The translations under genes were made by a program, and so were the position numbers. Source: the human T2T-CHM13v2.0 reference genome, Homo sapiens. Taken from it: a stretch of 64,000 nucleotides of DNA. Below are positions 1 to 25,555 of the stretch, in pieces. Below the pieces are notes generated by a model, which searched no databases, was not told the DNA's origin, and worked only from the letters and a program-made list of their open reading frames with translations. Positions within the stretch are counted from its first letter, which is position 1; each line of letters starts with the position of its first letter. Location of the stretch: the NCBI RefSeq assembly GCF_009914755.1, contig NC_060935.1. The stretch is one strand, 5' to 3'.

Positions 1-624
1 TCTTGATCTCGTGATCTGCCCGCCTCGGCCTCCCAAAGTGCTGGGATTATAGGAGTGAGCCACTGCGCCCGGCCGAGAAGAGTTTTTAAAGGCTAAAAAC
101 AATTCAAATGACAGCTAACACTTACTGAGTGTTGACAAGTTCCAGAAAGGAGTTAAACACATTTAAAGGCATTTTCTTGTTAACAGACTTAGTTGGCTAC
201 ATTAAAAAACTGATGACACTGGTGTCCTCATCTCTGAGCCCAAGTGATACAAAACTGTTATAATTTGTTTATTAGAAGCTCAGGGGAAAGGTGAATGAGA
301 AAATACAATCAATGTCAACATTATTTTATTGGTAGGGTATCTAAAAGCCACATGGTGCACTAATGACTCCAGGTAAAAGGCAGGAGCATAGAACTCTTGA
401 GAAGCAACAACAGCCAGTGTTCACCAAACACCTAAAATGTGCCTGGCACTTTCTATTTAGTATTTCCGTTAAATCTCCTAACAACACTCAAGCTTGACAC
501 TGATAATTTTCTCCATTTTACAGATGAGGAACAGACAGATTGATTACTCAAGGGCATGCTGGTAACCCATGGAACTAGAACTCCTGGTTCCTACGCTGAG
601 AAAGAAAGACATCTCCACCTTTAC

Positions 625-695
625 CTGTCCTTCTCAGTGGTGCAACTGTGCAGTAGACATTTCCATGCAAAAGCAAAACCTTGGTAGCACCCGAT
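625..695 (-). CDS. LTO1: LTO1 (ORAOV1) coding exon 3; gene continues beyond the left edge of the window
   Basis: 71-nt exon bounded by CAG| (696-698) and |GTAAAG (GT at 623-624). It encodes IGCYQGFAFAWKCLLHSCTTEKD+AG, in frame after exon 2, and matches the recalled LTO1 protein. Confidence 0.95.
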
Positions 696-1059
696 CTGTG
701 AATGTGAAAAATATTTAAGAGTGAAATTAATAAGCAACTAGCTACACTTTCATTACCAAGATCTCAAAACAAAAGGTGGGGGCAGAAGGCAGCGGTGCTT
801 CTCACACTATTGTTCTGGAAGCACCTGTTGAGCATTAGGCAATGGAAATTAGGAAATTAGGTCATCGGTGGGGCAGCCAGCCTCCCAGATGCCCCAGTCC
901 TCATCTCCTGGTACCCATGCCCTGTGCAGGTCCCTCGACACTCCACCAGGGTGGCTTTCGTAACCAACAGAATGTGGAGGAACAGCACAAAGCTCCTGAG
1001 TCTAGGGATAAAAGCCAGTGTCACTTGCCTCACCAGCTCTCTTGGACCACTCGCTCTTG

Positions 1060-1320
1060 AATGTCACGAGGACACACAAGCAGCCCCATGGAGACGTCCA
1101 TGCCCACAGTCAGGTGACAGCACCACCTTGGAGGCAGATCCTCCAAGCCCAGTCAAGCCTTCAGGTGACACGGCTCTGGCTGACACCCTGAGCCAGGACC
1201 ACCCAGCAAAGCTGCTCCTGAGTTCCCAACCCTCAGAAACATGTGAGATCATCCATATTTGCTGTGTTAAGCCCATGAATTTTGTGGTGATCTGTTTCAC
1301 AGCATCGAACATCCAATATA
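1060..1320 (+). mobile_element. MLT1-type MaLR LTR fragment in LTO1 intron 2
   Basis: CCCAGTCAAGCCTTCAG...CTGAGCCAGGACCACCCAGC...AAGCCCATGAATTTTGTGG resembles the MLT1 3' portion. Confidence 0.6.
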
Positions 1321-1676
1321 GTCATAACTGCCTCAACTCAGACTTTGCCACTAAGGGCCACTTATCTGTAAGGGCCAATCTAGGACAAAGGGCAAGAAGA
1401 GAAAAAAAAAAATCATAAAGTTAATGAAATTTCAACGTAAACATAAATGGAATATGTTCACATGACAGAGGGCACCCATTCTTTGGCTTAGTACATGAGC
1501 CAGCACCATGACACTCCCAAGTAAACTAAGGAGACCAGGGACTTGTTTTCTTTTATCCAGCATGCATAATTTAATTGTATCTACCTACAGCAAAATGCAC
1601 TCTTGGTTCTGTACTAAGAATATTTCTCCAGCAACAGTCCATCTAGTCCATTAACTCCCATGCAAAGGCACTGTGA

Positions 1677-1856
<180 letters not shown>

Positions 1857-2091
1857 TAGTAGAGACAGGGTTTCACCATGTTGGTCAGGCTGGTCTCCAA
1901 CTCCTGACCTCAAGGCGATCCACCCACCTCAGACTCCCAAAGTGCTGGGATTACAGGTGTGAGTCACCGCGCCCATCCGGCACTGTGATTTTAAAAGGCC
2001 TGACAATTCTTACTCCATCACACTGAATATCGAAATAAATTATAAATTGTAAATGAAGAGGCTTCATCTCCAGATGGGGGTTCCCACTTAC

Positions 2092-2197
2092 CTCAGACCC
2101 GATTTTGGCTCCATGCAGCGTGCCATGCTGCCTTCCCTCCATCACACCCAAACTACTGCCTTCTTCATAGCCTTCCCGATACCCTTCCCCATGAAAC
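2092..2197 (-). CDS. LTO1: LTO1 (ORAOV1) coding exon 2
   Basis: 106-nt exon with CAG| acceptor (2198-2200) and GAG|GTAAGT donor. It encodes (R)FHGEGYREGYEEGSSLGVMEGRQHGTLHGAKIGSE, the deca-GX3-type motif of Lto1/Yae1 proteins. Phase is compatible with exon 1 (50+106=156 nt). Confidence 0.96.
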
Positions 2198-2628
2198 CTG
2201 TGAAGAAGAAGCATGCTTCATCAAATCAACAGGAGAAAGAATACTTTCTCCAGAAAAACTTCTCTCTCTTGTATTACCCGGACCCAGTAAGACAAACCAG
2301 AGTAAAGGAGGAAAAGCCTAAAATTCAAGTCAGAAGACACAGATTCCAGTCCCAGATCTACCACTTCCTATTTGCCTCTGGAAGTCACTGTACCTCTTGT
2401 AGCCCAGTTTCTTCATCTACAACAAAGGGCTAAATTAGGGATTCCCAAACCTGATAGGGTACTAGAAACACACAAGGAAAATTCAAAGATATTAACTCAA
2501 AAGCCTCACCCCCAGAGATTCAGTACGTCTGGAGCAAGGCCCTGGAATCTACTTTTCTTTCTTCCTTTTTTTTTTTTTTTTTTTTGAGACAGGGTCTCTG
2601 TTGCCCTGCCTGGAGTGCAGTGGTATGA

Positions 2629-2934
<306 letters not shown>

Positions 2935-3849
2935 TAGCTAGGATGGTCTGGATCTCCTGACCTCGTGATCCGCCCGCCTCGGCCTCCCAAAGTGCTGGGA
3001 TTACAGGCGTCAGCCACCGCATCTGGCCCGGAATCTACTTTTCAAAGTCTCCTAGATAAGTCTGGTTTGCAGCCAGAGTTAGGGGGCCAAAGTTCTGTGA
3101 GTGTTCAAGTAGCACTAGCCCAAGTCAACCGCTTCCAAAAAACTGCAACATACACAGGGTTTGACATCACATGGGTAGGGCAACAGAGAGAAATGGCATC
3201 AGATCACCACAAAATGTTCTCCGACTGGTACCCGGAGTAGCACTGACCCTGAGGCCCAACAGTGGAACTGCCACTATCTTAACCTGCAGTCACCAAACAT
3301 GCAAGGAGTGGGCTGCAGCGCCCCATGAAGCAGGGTGCATAGCTCCCCACTTAATAGTTGTGTGACCCTGGAAAGTGACTGTGCCTCCTAGTCTGTAAAT
3401 TCCGAAGAATAATAGGATCCACTTACTAAGTAGGGCTGAAGTAGATAACCAGGGTGGAACGTTTAGCTCAGTGTCTGACTCACAGCGCGAGCTAAATAAA
3501 CGTCAGCGCCTGACTGCTAAATGTTCGGCCGCTTTCTTAACTAACATCTATGGACGCGTCCTCTGGGCCGGGCACTGGAAGTCAGCCAGGAGGCAACTCA
3601 CAGCTCCCCCACTGTCGCAGCACGAGGGGCTCCCCAGGGGCTCTGGAGGGAAAAGGGGTGTGGTCGGGTACATCTATCAGCACATCCATGAATACTGCCG
3701 TATGTCCTATGATTAAGGAACCAGAAAAAAAGGCAGCTCCCAGATGGCAAAGGTCTGTCCTCCCAGAGGACGAGGCGGCCTCGGAGGAGGGGAACCACCA
3801 GGCTGAGCAGATGTTTGGGGCAGCCCTGACAGGGAAGGCGGGTCTGGAA

Positions 3850-4480
3850 GAGCAGCTGGGCACGTGCCCCGCCGGAGCGGGCCAGGAGAAGAGGACCAGA
3901 GCATCAGGCCCACACTTGTCCCTGCGTCCACGGCCACCAGGCGCTCCCCAATGCGCACGCCCAAGGGACGCCAGGCTCCAGCAGCCGCCCTGGGCCGCAG
4001 CCGGCGGCGAAGCCGCTGGGAGACGACCAGACAGGGCGGGGTGCGGGCCCGGCCTCACCACCCACCTCTCATCCGCCATCACGATGGCATCGAATATGTC
4101 CTGACTGCCAGCCATAGCGGCAAGCAGCCCGCCCTTGGCCCCCGGGTTTCTGCAGCCCCGCGGTGCCGTAGCAGACCCGGCAGCTTCAGGCACAAATGCT
4201 CCGCTTGGGAGGAGACGAGACCCACTTCCGGAAGCGGCGGCGCGGGGCAGGCCGGGTAAGAACGGCACGCGGGAGGGCCCAAAGCAGCCTGTACATGGCG
4301 CATGCGCGGCTGCAGCGGTGGGCGGGGCCGGCCTCGACTGAAGCCCCGCCCTGGGGTCCTTTCGCCCTGCCCAGCTCCAGCAAAGGGCCTGTCTGTCCGC
4401 GCTGGGAGTGTCCATTGGCCGCGCGCGTGGAGAGCCGACCTGTATTTTACCACTGCAGATAGAACCGAATTTCCCAAAGT
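3850..4480 (-). promoter_or_regulatory. LTO1 CpG-island housekeeping promoter
   Basis: CpG-dense. Contains a palindromic double ETS site ACTTCCGGAAGC (4224-4235), perfect NRF1 site GCGCATGCGC (4298-4307), GC boxes (4320-4327, 4344-4351) and CCAAT on the minus strand (4414-4418). No TATA box seen. Confidence 0.85.
4066..4115 (-). CDS. LTO1: LTO1 (ORAOV1) coding exon 1; ABCE1 maturation factor / CIA adaptor
   Basis: ATG at 4115-4113, MAGSQDIFDAIVMADE+AG, then |GTGGG donor (GT at 4064-4065). Lies within a CpG island. Confidence 0.96.
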
Positions 4481-4518
4481 GGCTCCGAAAGAACCAAGGA
4501 AGAAATGGGAAGTCATCA

Positions 4519-4830
<312 letters not shown>

Positions 4831-5059
4831 TCATCAAAGAACCGACGCCTCAGGAGGCTCCAGGCCAGGAGGCTCTGCATGTGGGATTTTGGGCAGAAAT
4901 TTGTCGGTTTTAGTTCTCATATTTGTCATTTCCATGAGATGTGCTTTCTGAACACGATTTTTAAAAAGGGATTTCAAAGTCTAAGCGACAACGGAACTCA
5001 GATGAGAAACACCAGAAGCATTCCTAATAAAGTCAGTAGTAAAACCTCACGTGACCACT

Positions 5060-7000
<1,941 letters not shown>

Positions 7001-7058
7001 TATATATATATATTTTGTTTGTTTGTTTGTTTGTTTGTTTGTTTGTTTTTACTAGCTA

Positions 7059-7373
<315 letters not shown>

Positions 7374-7898
7374 TCATTTCACTTCTAAGACTTCATCTCT
7401 AGGAAATAATCAAAGACAAGTCAAAATATTATGTACAGTGTTGTTCAGTGCAACACGATTTGTAAAAGGCAAGGCAAGGAAAGCAGCTACATTGACAAAA
7501 TGGTGGAATTATGACATGTATTGTAGGCTATTCATGTTGAAGACTCCTAAGCAACCATTACAAATAATATTTCAACAAAAGTAACATCATGTAAAATGCC
7601 CATGATATTTCAAGAAAAAGAAAAAAAAATCCTCTATGTGAGGCTGCAGTGAGCTATGACCATACCACTCCACTGCAGCCAGGCCAGGGCAACAGAGTGA
7701 AATCTCATCTCAAAAACATAAAAAGAAAGAAAAAGAAAAAGAAAAAAAAACACTCTACATATACTCGAATTGCAATCACACTAAACACTATTTCAAAAGA
7801 ATGAGAGTAGCCAGGTGAGGTGACTCACACGTATAATCCAACACTTTGGGAGGCCAAGGTGGAAAGATTGCTTGAACCCAGAGTTCAAGACCAAGCTA

Positions 7899-8234
<336 letters not shown>

Positions 8235-9015
8235 TTATATTTTTTGGAACATCTCATGTTTGTTTGCACAATGAACATAAGTTATGTTATAAGCATAAAA
8301 AAATGTTTTTGGTGGATGAAATTAAATAGACTTCGTATTATTTTGTTCTGAAGATGTCTTTAATTTTTAGGTTTTTTAAATAAGCAAATGAAATCACACA
8401 ACACTTGGAATATAGGAAAAAGGGAAAGACAGCAAGCCAAAAAAAACAGTTCACCCTGTCCACCAACTGATTTTTGCTAATTTTATTATTTTTCCCTTGA
8501 ATTTTCATATAAACATAATTTAATATATAAACAATGTAATATCCTTCTCCCTGCCCACTTAACATTAGATTACAAACACCTCCCAAATAAGGGAACTGTT
8601 CTCTTATCAGTACATATTTAAAACACATTTTTGAGCATAAATTTCATTAGCTGAAATAAAATAAAATAAATATATCTTTTGGATAGGAAAATAGATAACG
8701 CGGTGAGAAAAATAAATGACCACTTACAGAATAAAGCCCGTGGACATGGAGGCTTATACAGAAGAGCGTAGGTTTTAATTTCTAACTTCAAAAATATTTG
8801 CAAAGCCTTGAACAATTATATGTGCTACAAAAATCAACACTATTGATACAAATTATTAATCTGAAATAAAGCTTTGGGGAGATTTTCTGTCCCCAATCAT
8901 CAATTTGTTCATCTGGTTTGTTCTTAAAATATTTATTTTGAAGCCAGACTGTCTTAGCATTAAAGACAAAGAAGGGCCGGGTGTGGTGGCTCACGCCTGT
9001 AATCCCAGCACTTTA

Positions 9016-9309
<294 letters not shown>

Positions 9310-9643
9310 TTATCCTGGATTTCCAATAGTTTATTTACAAATTGCTTTATTTTCAAATAAGGACCAGATTGTTAAAGCAGGGCCTTTGGGGCTGCATGCA
9401 GTGGCACACTCTTGTAATCCCAGCACTTTGGGAAGCCGAGGCAGGAGGATTGCTTGAGGCTAGGAATTTGAAACCAGCCTGGGCAACATAGTGAGACCCC
9501 GTCTCTACAAAACATTTAAAAATTAGCTGGGTATGGTGGCTCACACCTGCAGTCTTAGCTACTTGGGAGGCTGAGGCTTCATTGAGCTATGATTGTGCCA
9601 CTGCTCTTTAGCCTGAGCAACAAAGGGGAGATGCTGTTTAAAA

Positions 9644-9900
9644 ACACATGCACACACACACACACACCCCGACACACACCGACACACACACAGACACACA
9701 CACATGCACACACGACACACACACCAACACACACACATGCACACACAGACACACACACTGACACACACAGACACACACCGACCCACACACATGCACACAC
9801 AGACACACACATGCATACACAGACACACACAAACAGACATACATGCACACACAGACACACACAGAGACACACACACTGACACACACATGCACACACACAT
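9644..9900. repeat. Compound (CA)n microsatellite
   Basis: About 250 bp of interrupted CA repeats following an Alu. Confidence 0.9.
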
Positions 9901-10177
9901 GCCTTTGAAAGTAGAAAAAGTTTTAAAGTTCAAATATTTACGTCAACATCCTTAAATAAGTTGCAAATTTTATGTTTTAGCAACTGAACACATAAAAAGC
10001 ATAGGAAGAATCTGAATTAATATCCCCCCTTGGCTGGGCGTGGTGGCTCACTAATTGTATTTATTTCAGTGGTTTCAAAACACTATTAGTAAATATTTAA
10101 CTTATAACAAAAGGTATAAAGGAGATAATATAATCACCTCCCAGGAATCTACCACATTAAGAAAAAAAGCATTTTTA

Positions 10178-10547
<370 letters not shown>

Positions 10548-13225
10548 TCAATATAACTAAAGTGAAAAACAAGTTCATCGAAGTTTAATACTAAACAGTG
10601 TTTACTTACCAGAATACTTTTTTTTAAATTTTATATTTAAATTTTTAGCCTGTAGTCCCATGCTCCAAAAAAAAAAAATGAGGACATTAAAAAAATTACG
10701 ACAATTCCAAAATCTATTTGGTGGACTTCTTCTAGCAGCAAAATACTAAGTAGTTTTCAAACCAAACCAAACCAAACCTGACAATATAGATCTATAGTTG
10801 TTAACCTGGAAACACATCCATTTTATTAGAAAAAAAAAAGTTAAAAACAAAATATCATTTGTTCTTATTTTGGTTCAAGAAAAAGGCCCTCGAGCATAGC
10901 AACAGGTTTTTATCTATGTAGAGAATAATCTGCAAGGACCACAACCCCTGATGTTGCAGTGGTCACGTTTGGGTGATGGATTATGTGTCATCTTAATTAT
11001 TTTCCTTTGTATGTTTCTGTATTTTGTGATTTGGGTTTATTTTTTTTACAGCATGAAGCTGCTGGATGTGGTGGCTCATGCCTGTAATCCCAGCACCTTG
11101 GGAGGAGGCCGAGGCGAGTGGATCACCTGAGGTCAAGAGTTTGAGACCAGCCTGGCCAACATGGTGAAACCCATGTTTTTGTCTCTACAAAAAATACAAA
11201 ACTTAGCCAGGCGTTGTGGCATGCGCCTGTAGTCCCAGCTACTCAGGAGACTGACTTGGGAGGATCACTTGTGCCCAGGAGGTCCAGGCTGCAGTGAGTC
11301 ACGATCATGTCACTGCACTCCAGCCTGGGTGACAGAGCAAGACCCTGTTTCAAAAAAAAAGCATGAAGCAAGTGCGGCTTTCACAGTCCAGAAGAAAAAG
11401 AAGCAGTTTTAAATTCTGAAAAGGAAGTCATTAAATGACAGTTCACTTCAAGGAACTAAAGTTTCATCTCATGCTCTATTCATCATAAATAAATAACACA
11501 TTCGGAAAAGGAGGCAAGTTGCAGGCAGGCCTCAAATCCAAGTTTGACCCCATGGGGTAGGCAGGAGGAGGAGAATGCGAGGCTTGAGTTACACTCGATC
11601 TTTCCAGCTGCGCCTCCTCTCTGCTCCTTCTCTAATAGGTGTGCTTGGGTTTGGGAGCCTGTCAAATGCCATTTTCTACCTGCTTCCCTGGTGGCCCTAG
11701 CGCAGGAGACCTGGGTTGGGGTGGAGGTCTGGTGCTGTGAGCAGTAACTGAGAACAGGGCTCCTCTGGGCACCCACCTGCCTGCGGAAGGGCTCTGGCCA
11801 GCAGGGCTCAGCCTCTGCCCATCCCTAAGGCTCCCAGGGGAGTCTTCTTCAGGCTTCTAGAGAAGAGATAACATTTTGGGAAAGTGACACAAAGATGTGG
11901 CAACAGTACCTGTATTGGGAGCGGACTGAAAGTCTGAGAGGAGGCCTACTTTTCACTGTCTAACTTGCATTAGTCAGGTTAGGCCAGGCTGTGCTGCAAT
12001 AAGAAATAAGCCCTGACATCTCAGTGGCTTAACCAGGAAGGGCTATTTCCCACTTCCACGAAGTCCACTATGGGTGGGGCAGCTCTCCTCCACCTTGCAG
12101 GAACCAAGGCCCCCTCATTGCCCCAGCAGGGGAAGAGACAGAGGAAGCAGGCTAGCTCCTAGCTGCCTTGTCCCAGGAGAACACTTTATTTCCATTCCAT
12201 TGACCAGAACCAGTCCCAAGGCCCTAACCAAACTGTAGGGGAGCCTGGGAAATGGAGATGAGCCCACGGACGTTTGGTCAACTCTGTCTCTGCCACAATG
12301 CTTTAATGCTGTTAGGATTTTATTTTGAACCCTGTAAATATGTGGCTTCTCCAATGTAAAAAGAAAGAAGGGAGAGTTGTTATCTAATGTGTATATTATA
12401 TATTATGTTATATATTCTATGTATGTAACAGGTGGAATATATCAGTCACCTCTCCTCACCCAGTTGAACAAAATGCAAAACACAATAGATGCTGTCAAAG
12501 AGATATGTCATATCCACATTTTACTGGAAATAATAATTTCTCCAAAATTGTGGTTCCTGAAGTAAATAAAGATTTAAAATAAATGATGAAAGTTTGAATC
12601 TTAGCAGATACCGAAAGTGTAGATCTTACTTTGCACAGGGTGTAGCACATAACAGGTGCTCAGTAAATGGTTGCTGAGTGAATAAGTGAGAATGTAGTGT
12701 GGCAGTGGGAGGAGAAGGCCCCTCTGAGCCATGGGAGGGGGACAGGCCATGTTTGCTGTGGTGTTTGCCCATGGCTTTTGGGTCATCTCAGTAGAGAGGG
12801 TGCCTGGATAAACAGTTTTCTTTCCAGAGCTCAAAGACCGTTTACCAAAACTGGGCCCAGCCCCTTAGGGCTAGCTGTATTTCCCTGTTTGTGTCGAGGA
12901 AAGGGGGAATGAGGGATCCAACCTGGGCTTGGGCTGCCACCTGCTGGATGCAGTGGCTCATGCCTGTAATCCCAGCACCTTGGGAGGCCGAGGCAGGTGG
13001 ATCACCTGAGGTCAAGAGTTTGAGACCAGCCTGGCCAGCATGGCGAAACCCTGGAGAGGGAAGTGAGGCAGCCGAGGACGCATAGTGGCTACCGGGGACC
13101 CAGCCCTGCCATGGCCTGAGGCATTGTCCCTCTAGGTGGGAGCGTGTAGGACTCATGCACCCCCCCGGGAGGCTCCAAGAGAGTCCCCCATTTGACCTAC
13201 ACCCCTTATTTCTTAGAAGGCCCTA

Positions 13226-13426
<201 letters not shown>

Positions 13427-13526
13427 TCAGTTGAACCCAGGAGGCGGAGGTTGCAGTGAGCCAAGATTGTGCCATTGCACTCCAGCCTGGGCAACAGAGC
13501 GAGAGTCTTAAAAAAAAAAAAAAAAA

Positions 13527-13557
<31 letters not shown>

Positions 13558-13973
13558 GAAGGCCCTAGCAAGAAGAAGAAGAAAGAAAGCCCTAGCCCTG
13601 GGGCTCCAGTGTCCGTCTTCGAAGGGCTGTGGCCTTCATCCGGCCTCCCCTTCATCCGGCCTCAAGCTCCTCCCTGGCTTTTCCTCTCCTCTGCCCTCCA
13701 CCTCCCGAGGCTCATCCCCGCAGCCTGGGGGAGCTTCCTCCTTTCCGCCCTTGGTGGAGCAGAAATTCTTGCTGGGCTCCTTCCCCCGCACCGGGAGAGC
13801 TGTGAGGAGTGGCCTTGCTGTTTCCATCTTCTTTCTTCTGCACTGACCGTTCCCCCTTCCCAACTGGACAGCAGCATCCCAGAGGCAGGACGGTGGCTCC
13901 TTCTAAACCTTGGTGCCCCCAGCTATGCCCAGTATGGGGTCTCTGGCATGAAGTCCGGTGCAATAAAGGGTGA

Positions 13974-14349
<376 letters not shown>

Positions 14350-14739
14350 TGAGCCACTGTGCCCTGCCAAATTCCAAACGTTTCTTGACAGCGTTAGTGA
14401 AATTCACGTTCCTGCACCTCAGTTTGCTCATCTGTAAAATGGGAGTGATGTTGGTACCCCGTTTTCAGGATCGACATGAGGATGAATACTTGCATATAGG
14501 AAACAGAAGAAATGTATTGATAGATAAATATAGTGAACATAAATTCGAATACAGGAACAGGAAGTTGTGGAGGTGATGGAGCCTGCCTCTCCCTTGCCCT
14601 TTGCTGAGGTCCAGGCACACACAGTAGGGGCTTTGTTGATGTTTGTGTGTAGCCGATGTTCTTTTGCTTCCTGGGGGCTTGTCTGCAAAAGTTGCAGGGG
14701 GCAGGGTGGAGGGCAGCTAGTCAACCATCAGATCAGACT

Positions 14740-15351
<612 letters not shown>

Positions 15352-16225
15352 TGATCCGCCCTTCTCGGCCTCCCAAAGTGCTGGGATTACAGGGATGAGC
15401 CACCGTGCCCGGCCCGGACTGTTTTCTTAGATCCTCACTTGAAGATCCTAGCAGTCTGCTTTGGAGATGGACATCGCGGGCCTCACTGGGGAAGACACTG
15501 CGCTCTGGGAGACACAGCTCCTAGGGGCAGGTGCCCCTCCCACCTTAGTCCCCACCAGACCCGCCCCTGCCTCCTCCACCCCATTAGGCTGAGGCTGATC
15601 AGAGGGGCCCTGGCCCACTGCCCGGGTCCCTGCTCAGAGGCCCCACACAACTCATGGGGAGAAGGAGACATGGGCCCAGTGACAGGTTACCCGGCTCTGA
15701 TGGGAAAAGCGAGGTCTTGGAGCCCTGCCTGTTCTGGGTGCTTCTGTTTGTCAGCCTGCTTGGGCCTGGGCTGTCCCCCGAGTCTCAGGCTCCTCATCTG
15801 GGCTGGCATTGGGGCCCAGGCTTCAGCCAGGTCTAGACTCCCCACCAGCCACTCAGGCAACAGTCACTCCACTTGGGACCCCAGGAACCACAGGGCAGGA
15901 CAGCTGACAAGGAAGGGGGCCCCCACTTCACCCCGAACCTGCCTTGAGCCTCCCATGCCTGGTGGGGACCCCACCAACCCCAGTGTCTGGGGAAGACAGG
16001 ACTCTGAGACAGGTGGGGCTCCCAGCCCCGGCAGGTGTCGGTGGCAGGGAAAACTCAAGGCCTGGCACCGATACCATCATTCTCGGTCTTCCCCAAAGTA
16101 AGGTGAGTATACGTGGTGCCGATGAGTCAGGTCCATGCCCAGGTATGCATTAAAATTTCCCTGGGAAAAAATAGAGAGTGTAATTTGGCAGGCTCTGGGG
16201 AGATTTTAGAGGTGCCTGCACTTCA

Positions 16226-16414
<189 letters not shown>

Positions 16415-16470
16415 CTACACAGTGAGACTCCATCTCAAAAAAAAAAAACAAGGCTTAAAAAAATTTTTTT

Positions 16471-19490
<3,020 letters not shown>

Positions 19491-19879
19491 TAAGAGAGAA
19501 GGTTTTGCACCTATTTTGTTGAGCTGAAAACCAAACAAGGCCCATGTGTTGAGTTGCTGGCTCTGTCTCCTGGGTCTCTTTATTTTCGACTTCAGTGATG
19601 AGAATGCACAGGAGGAGAGTGGCTCAGAGAGGACACGAAGGGGAAACCTGAACTGTGAGAGGTTTACAGGGAAGAATGAAAGTGGGTGACGCTTTGCCTT
19701 AAGCCATAAATGAAGGCAAGGGAGATCAAGCAGGCAGTCTTGACGTTAGCGGGGAAGTGAAAAAGAAGATGGAAGAAAGAAAGGAAGGGCCAGGGAGGAA
19801 GGGAAGGTGGGAGGGACAGTGGGTAGGATGGGGTAGAAGGAAGGTATCAACTTTCACACATCATTATCAAGAACAAGGA

Positions 19880-22740
<2,861 letters not shown>

Positions 22741-22753
22741 TCATGTATGTACA

Positions 22754-23101
22754 CAACCATGCAATGCTAACAATGGGGTACGTCCTCAGAAATGCATCGC
22801 TGGGTGATTTCACCATTGTGCGAACATTATAGAGTGTGCTCGCACAACCCTAGATGGTGTCGCCTGCTGCACACCTGGGCTATGTGGTACAGCTGATTGC
22901 TCCTAGGCTATACACCTGCACAGCACGGTACTGCTCTGAACACTGCAGGCAAAGGTTGCACAATGGTAAGTATTTGTGTATCTAAACATATCTAAAAACA
23001 TAGAAAAGGCATAGTAAAAATATGGAGTTTTAATGTTATGGGACCACCATTGTATATGTGGTCCACCGTTAACTGAAACATCATTATGGGGCGCATGGCT
23101 G
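22754..23101. mobile_element. Tigger3a (MER7A)-like non-autonomous DNA transposon
   Basis: 348 bp with CARYCATGC...GCATGGCTG termini followed by TA. The internal sequence matches the recalled consensus. Confidence 0.75.
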
Positions 23102-24170
23102 TATTGTAAAACTCAGTGTCTGTCTGTCTGTCTCTCTTTCTTTGCCTCTAGTGGCAAAAGGTACACCTTCTCTCCTCGCTCCCCTAATTGAGGTTCCTTT
23201 TTGGTCACCTTGACAGTGGGGGAGGGAGTATGAGACTAAGGCAGGCAGGATGCTGTCTCATGTCCTCCATAACTGAATGGACAATTTCTGCATCTGGGTG
23301 GCCCTGCCCCACCCACTCCCTCTCCTCTTTGGTCTTGTAGAACATTTTTGGCTGTCATTTCCCAATCCAAAGAGGGAAGGTCGCCCAGTGGATAGTGAAC
23401 TGTAGGAACCTGGGGGAATACCTGTGCCGTGGGTTTTCCTCTGGGGAAATGTCTCTCCCCTTCTTAGTCCTAGCATCCCACGAGGGCTGATTTTTCCCCG
23501 GGCTACAGAAGGGGACACAGCCCAGCTGGTCAGAGCCTCCTGTGCCCAGTTGGGACGAACAAGGGACACAGGAAGGATCCCTGAGACCCAGTCTGGGGCT
23601 CTTGCTGGAGTTGTTGGTAAGAGAAGAGAATTGTCCATCATCTCGGCTGAGGCTGCTGGGGCCATCTTGTCACTACAAAGGGAAAAGATGCTTGAAAATG
23701 GACAGACAGACAGATGATGCCTGGTGTGGTGCCGGTTCCCAGGTCCCGCATGCCTAAAGCCCGGCACCTCCTGGCCTTCTCAGTAAAGGTGAGCCAATAA
23801 GTTCCCTTGTTTTTCCTACCTCAAGTCAGTTTGAGTTGTGTTTTCTGTCACCTGCGACCACAAGAGTCCTAATGCCGGGGTGGCGGGTTCCAGCCCCCTC
23901 CTTGGTTAAGAGGCCTTTCCCAGCCCCTGGGCACTTTGCCAGAATCCCCAGGAGTCAACAGGCCTTGAGGCGACGAAAAGGTTCTCGCTTTACAGATGGA
24001 GAAACAGGCCCGAAGAAAGAGTGGGATTCACTCAAGGCCTCCCTGTCCCTGGGATCTTTTGAATTCCATTTTGGAGTCTCACCAGCAGAGAGTCTTGTTC
24101 AACGGAAACAGTTTTTTGCTCCAGTCTTCTCTCATTTTTAACTCCATGTCCGTGGTGTGGGCCTAAAGCT

Positions 24171-24354
24171 CGGCTTGCCAGACAAAACACAGGACACCCG
24201 ATTTGATTTGAATTTGAAATCAGCAATGAATAACTTTTTAGTATACATATGTTCCAAATATTGCATGGGACACATTCCTACTGAAGAAATGCATTGCTCA
24301 CCTGAAATTCAAATGTAGCTCAGATGCTGTATTTTTATGTATTTGGCAACGCTA
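24171..24354. mobile_element. MER53-like palindromic MITE
   Basis: TTGCCAGA...TTTGGCAA termini and internal TTTGAATTT/AAATTCAAA symmetry. Confidence 0.75.
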
Positions 24355-24691
24355 TCTAAAGCAGGGAGAGGGGATGCAGGAAGAGGGCAAGGCTACCTCT
24401 TTATGAGGAGTAGGGGAAGAGTCGGGGTAGGGTGGATGCTAAGATGCAGCCTCAGAAAAATAATCTTCCCCATCTCCTGCCAGAATGCCCGCATCACCCA
24501 CGGTCTGTCATCAGGGTTTTGCAGCTGCCAGGTCAGTAAAAATGTGGCCTGGAGAGCAAACATATTAACCATCAACAGTCTAGTGTGAATTAGTTTACGT
24601 ACATTCACTTGTTATCCTCAGCTGTGCAGAAGGGAGAAGACTCCAGAGAGGGAGGTGCTGATAAGCCTCTTTCTTCATTTTCTCCCTGAAG

Positions 24692-25555
<864 letters not shown>

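Noticed and set aside
3582-4415. 277-aa ORF in frame with the LTO1 start, suggesting a 100-aa N-terminal extension and intron-1 read-through
   Set aside because: The upstream ATG lies beyond the ETS/NRF1/GC-box core promoter and overlaps a CCAAT box. Stop-poor frames are expected in CpG islands, and only the 17 exon-1 codons look like protein.
24171-24354. MER53 as a miR-1302-like hairpin
   Set aside because: The arms are heavily diverged and nothing in the sequence supports expression.
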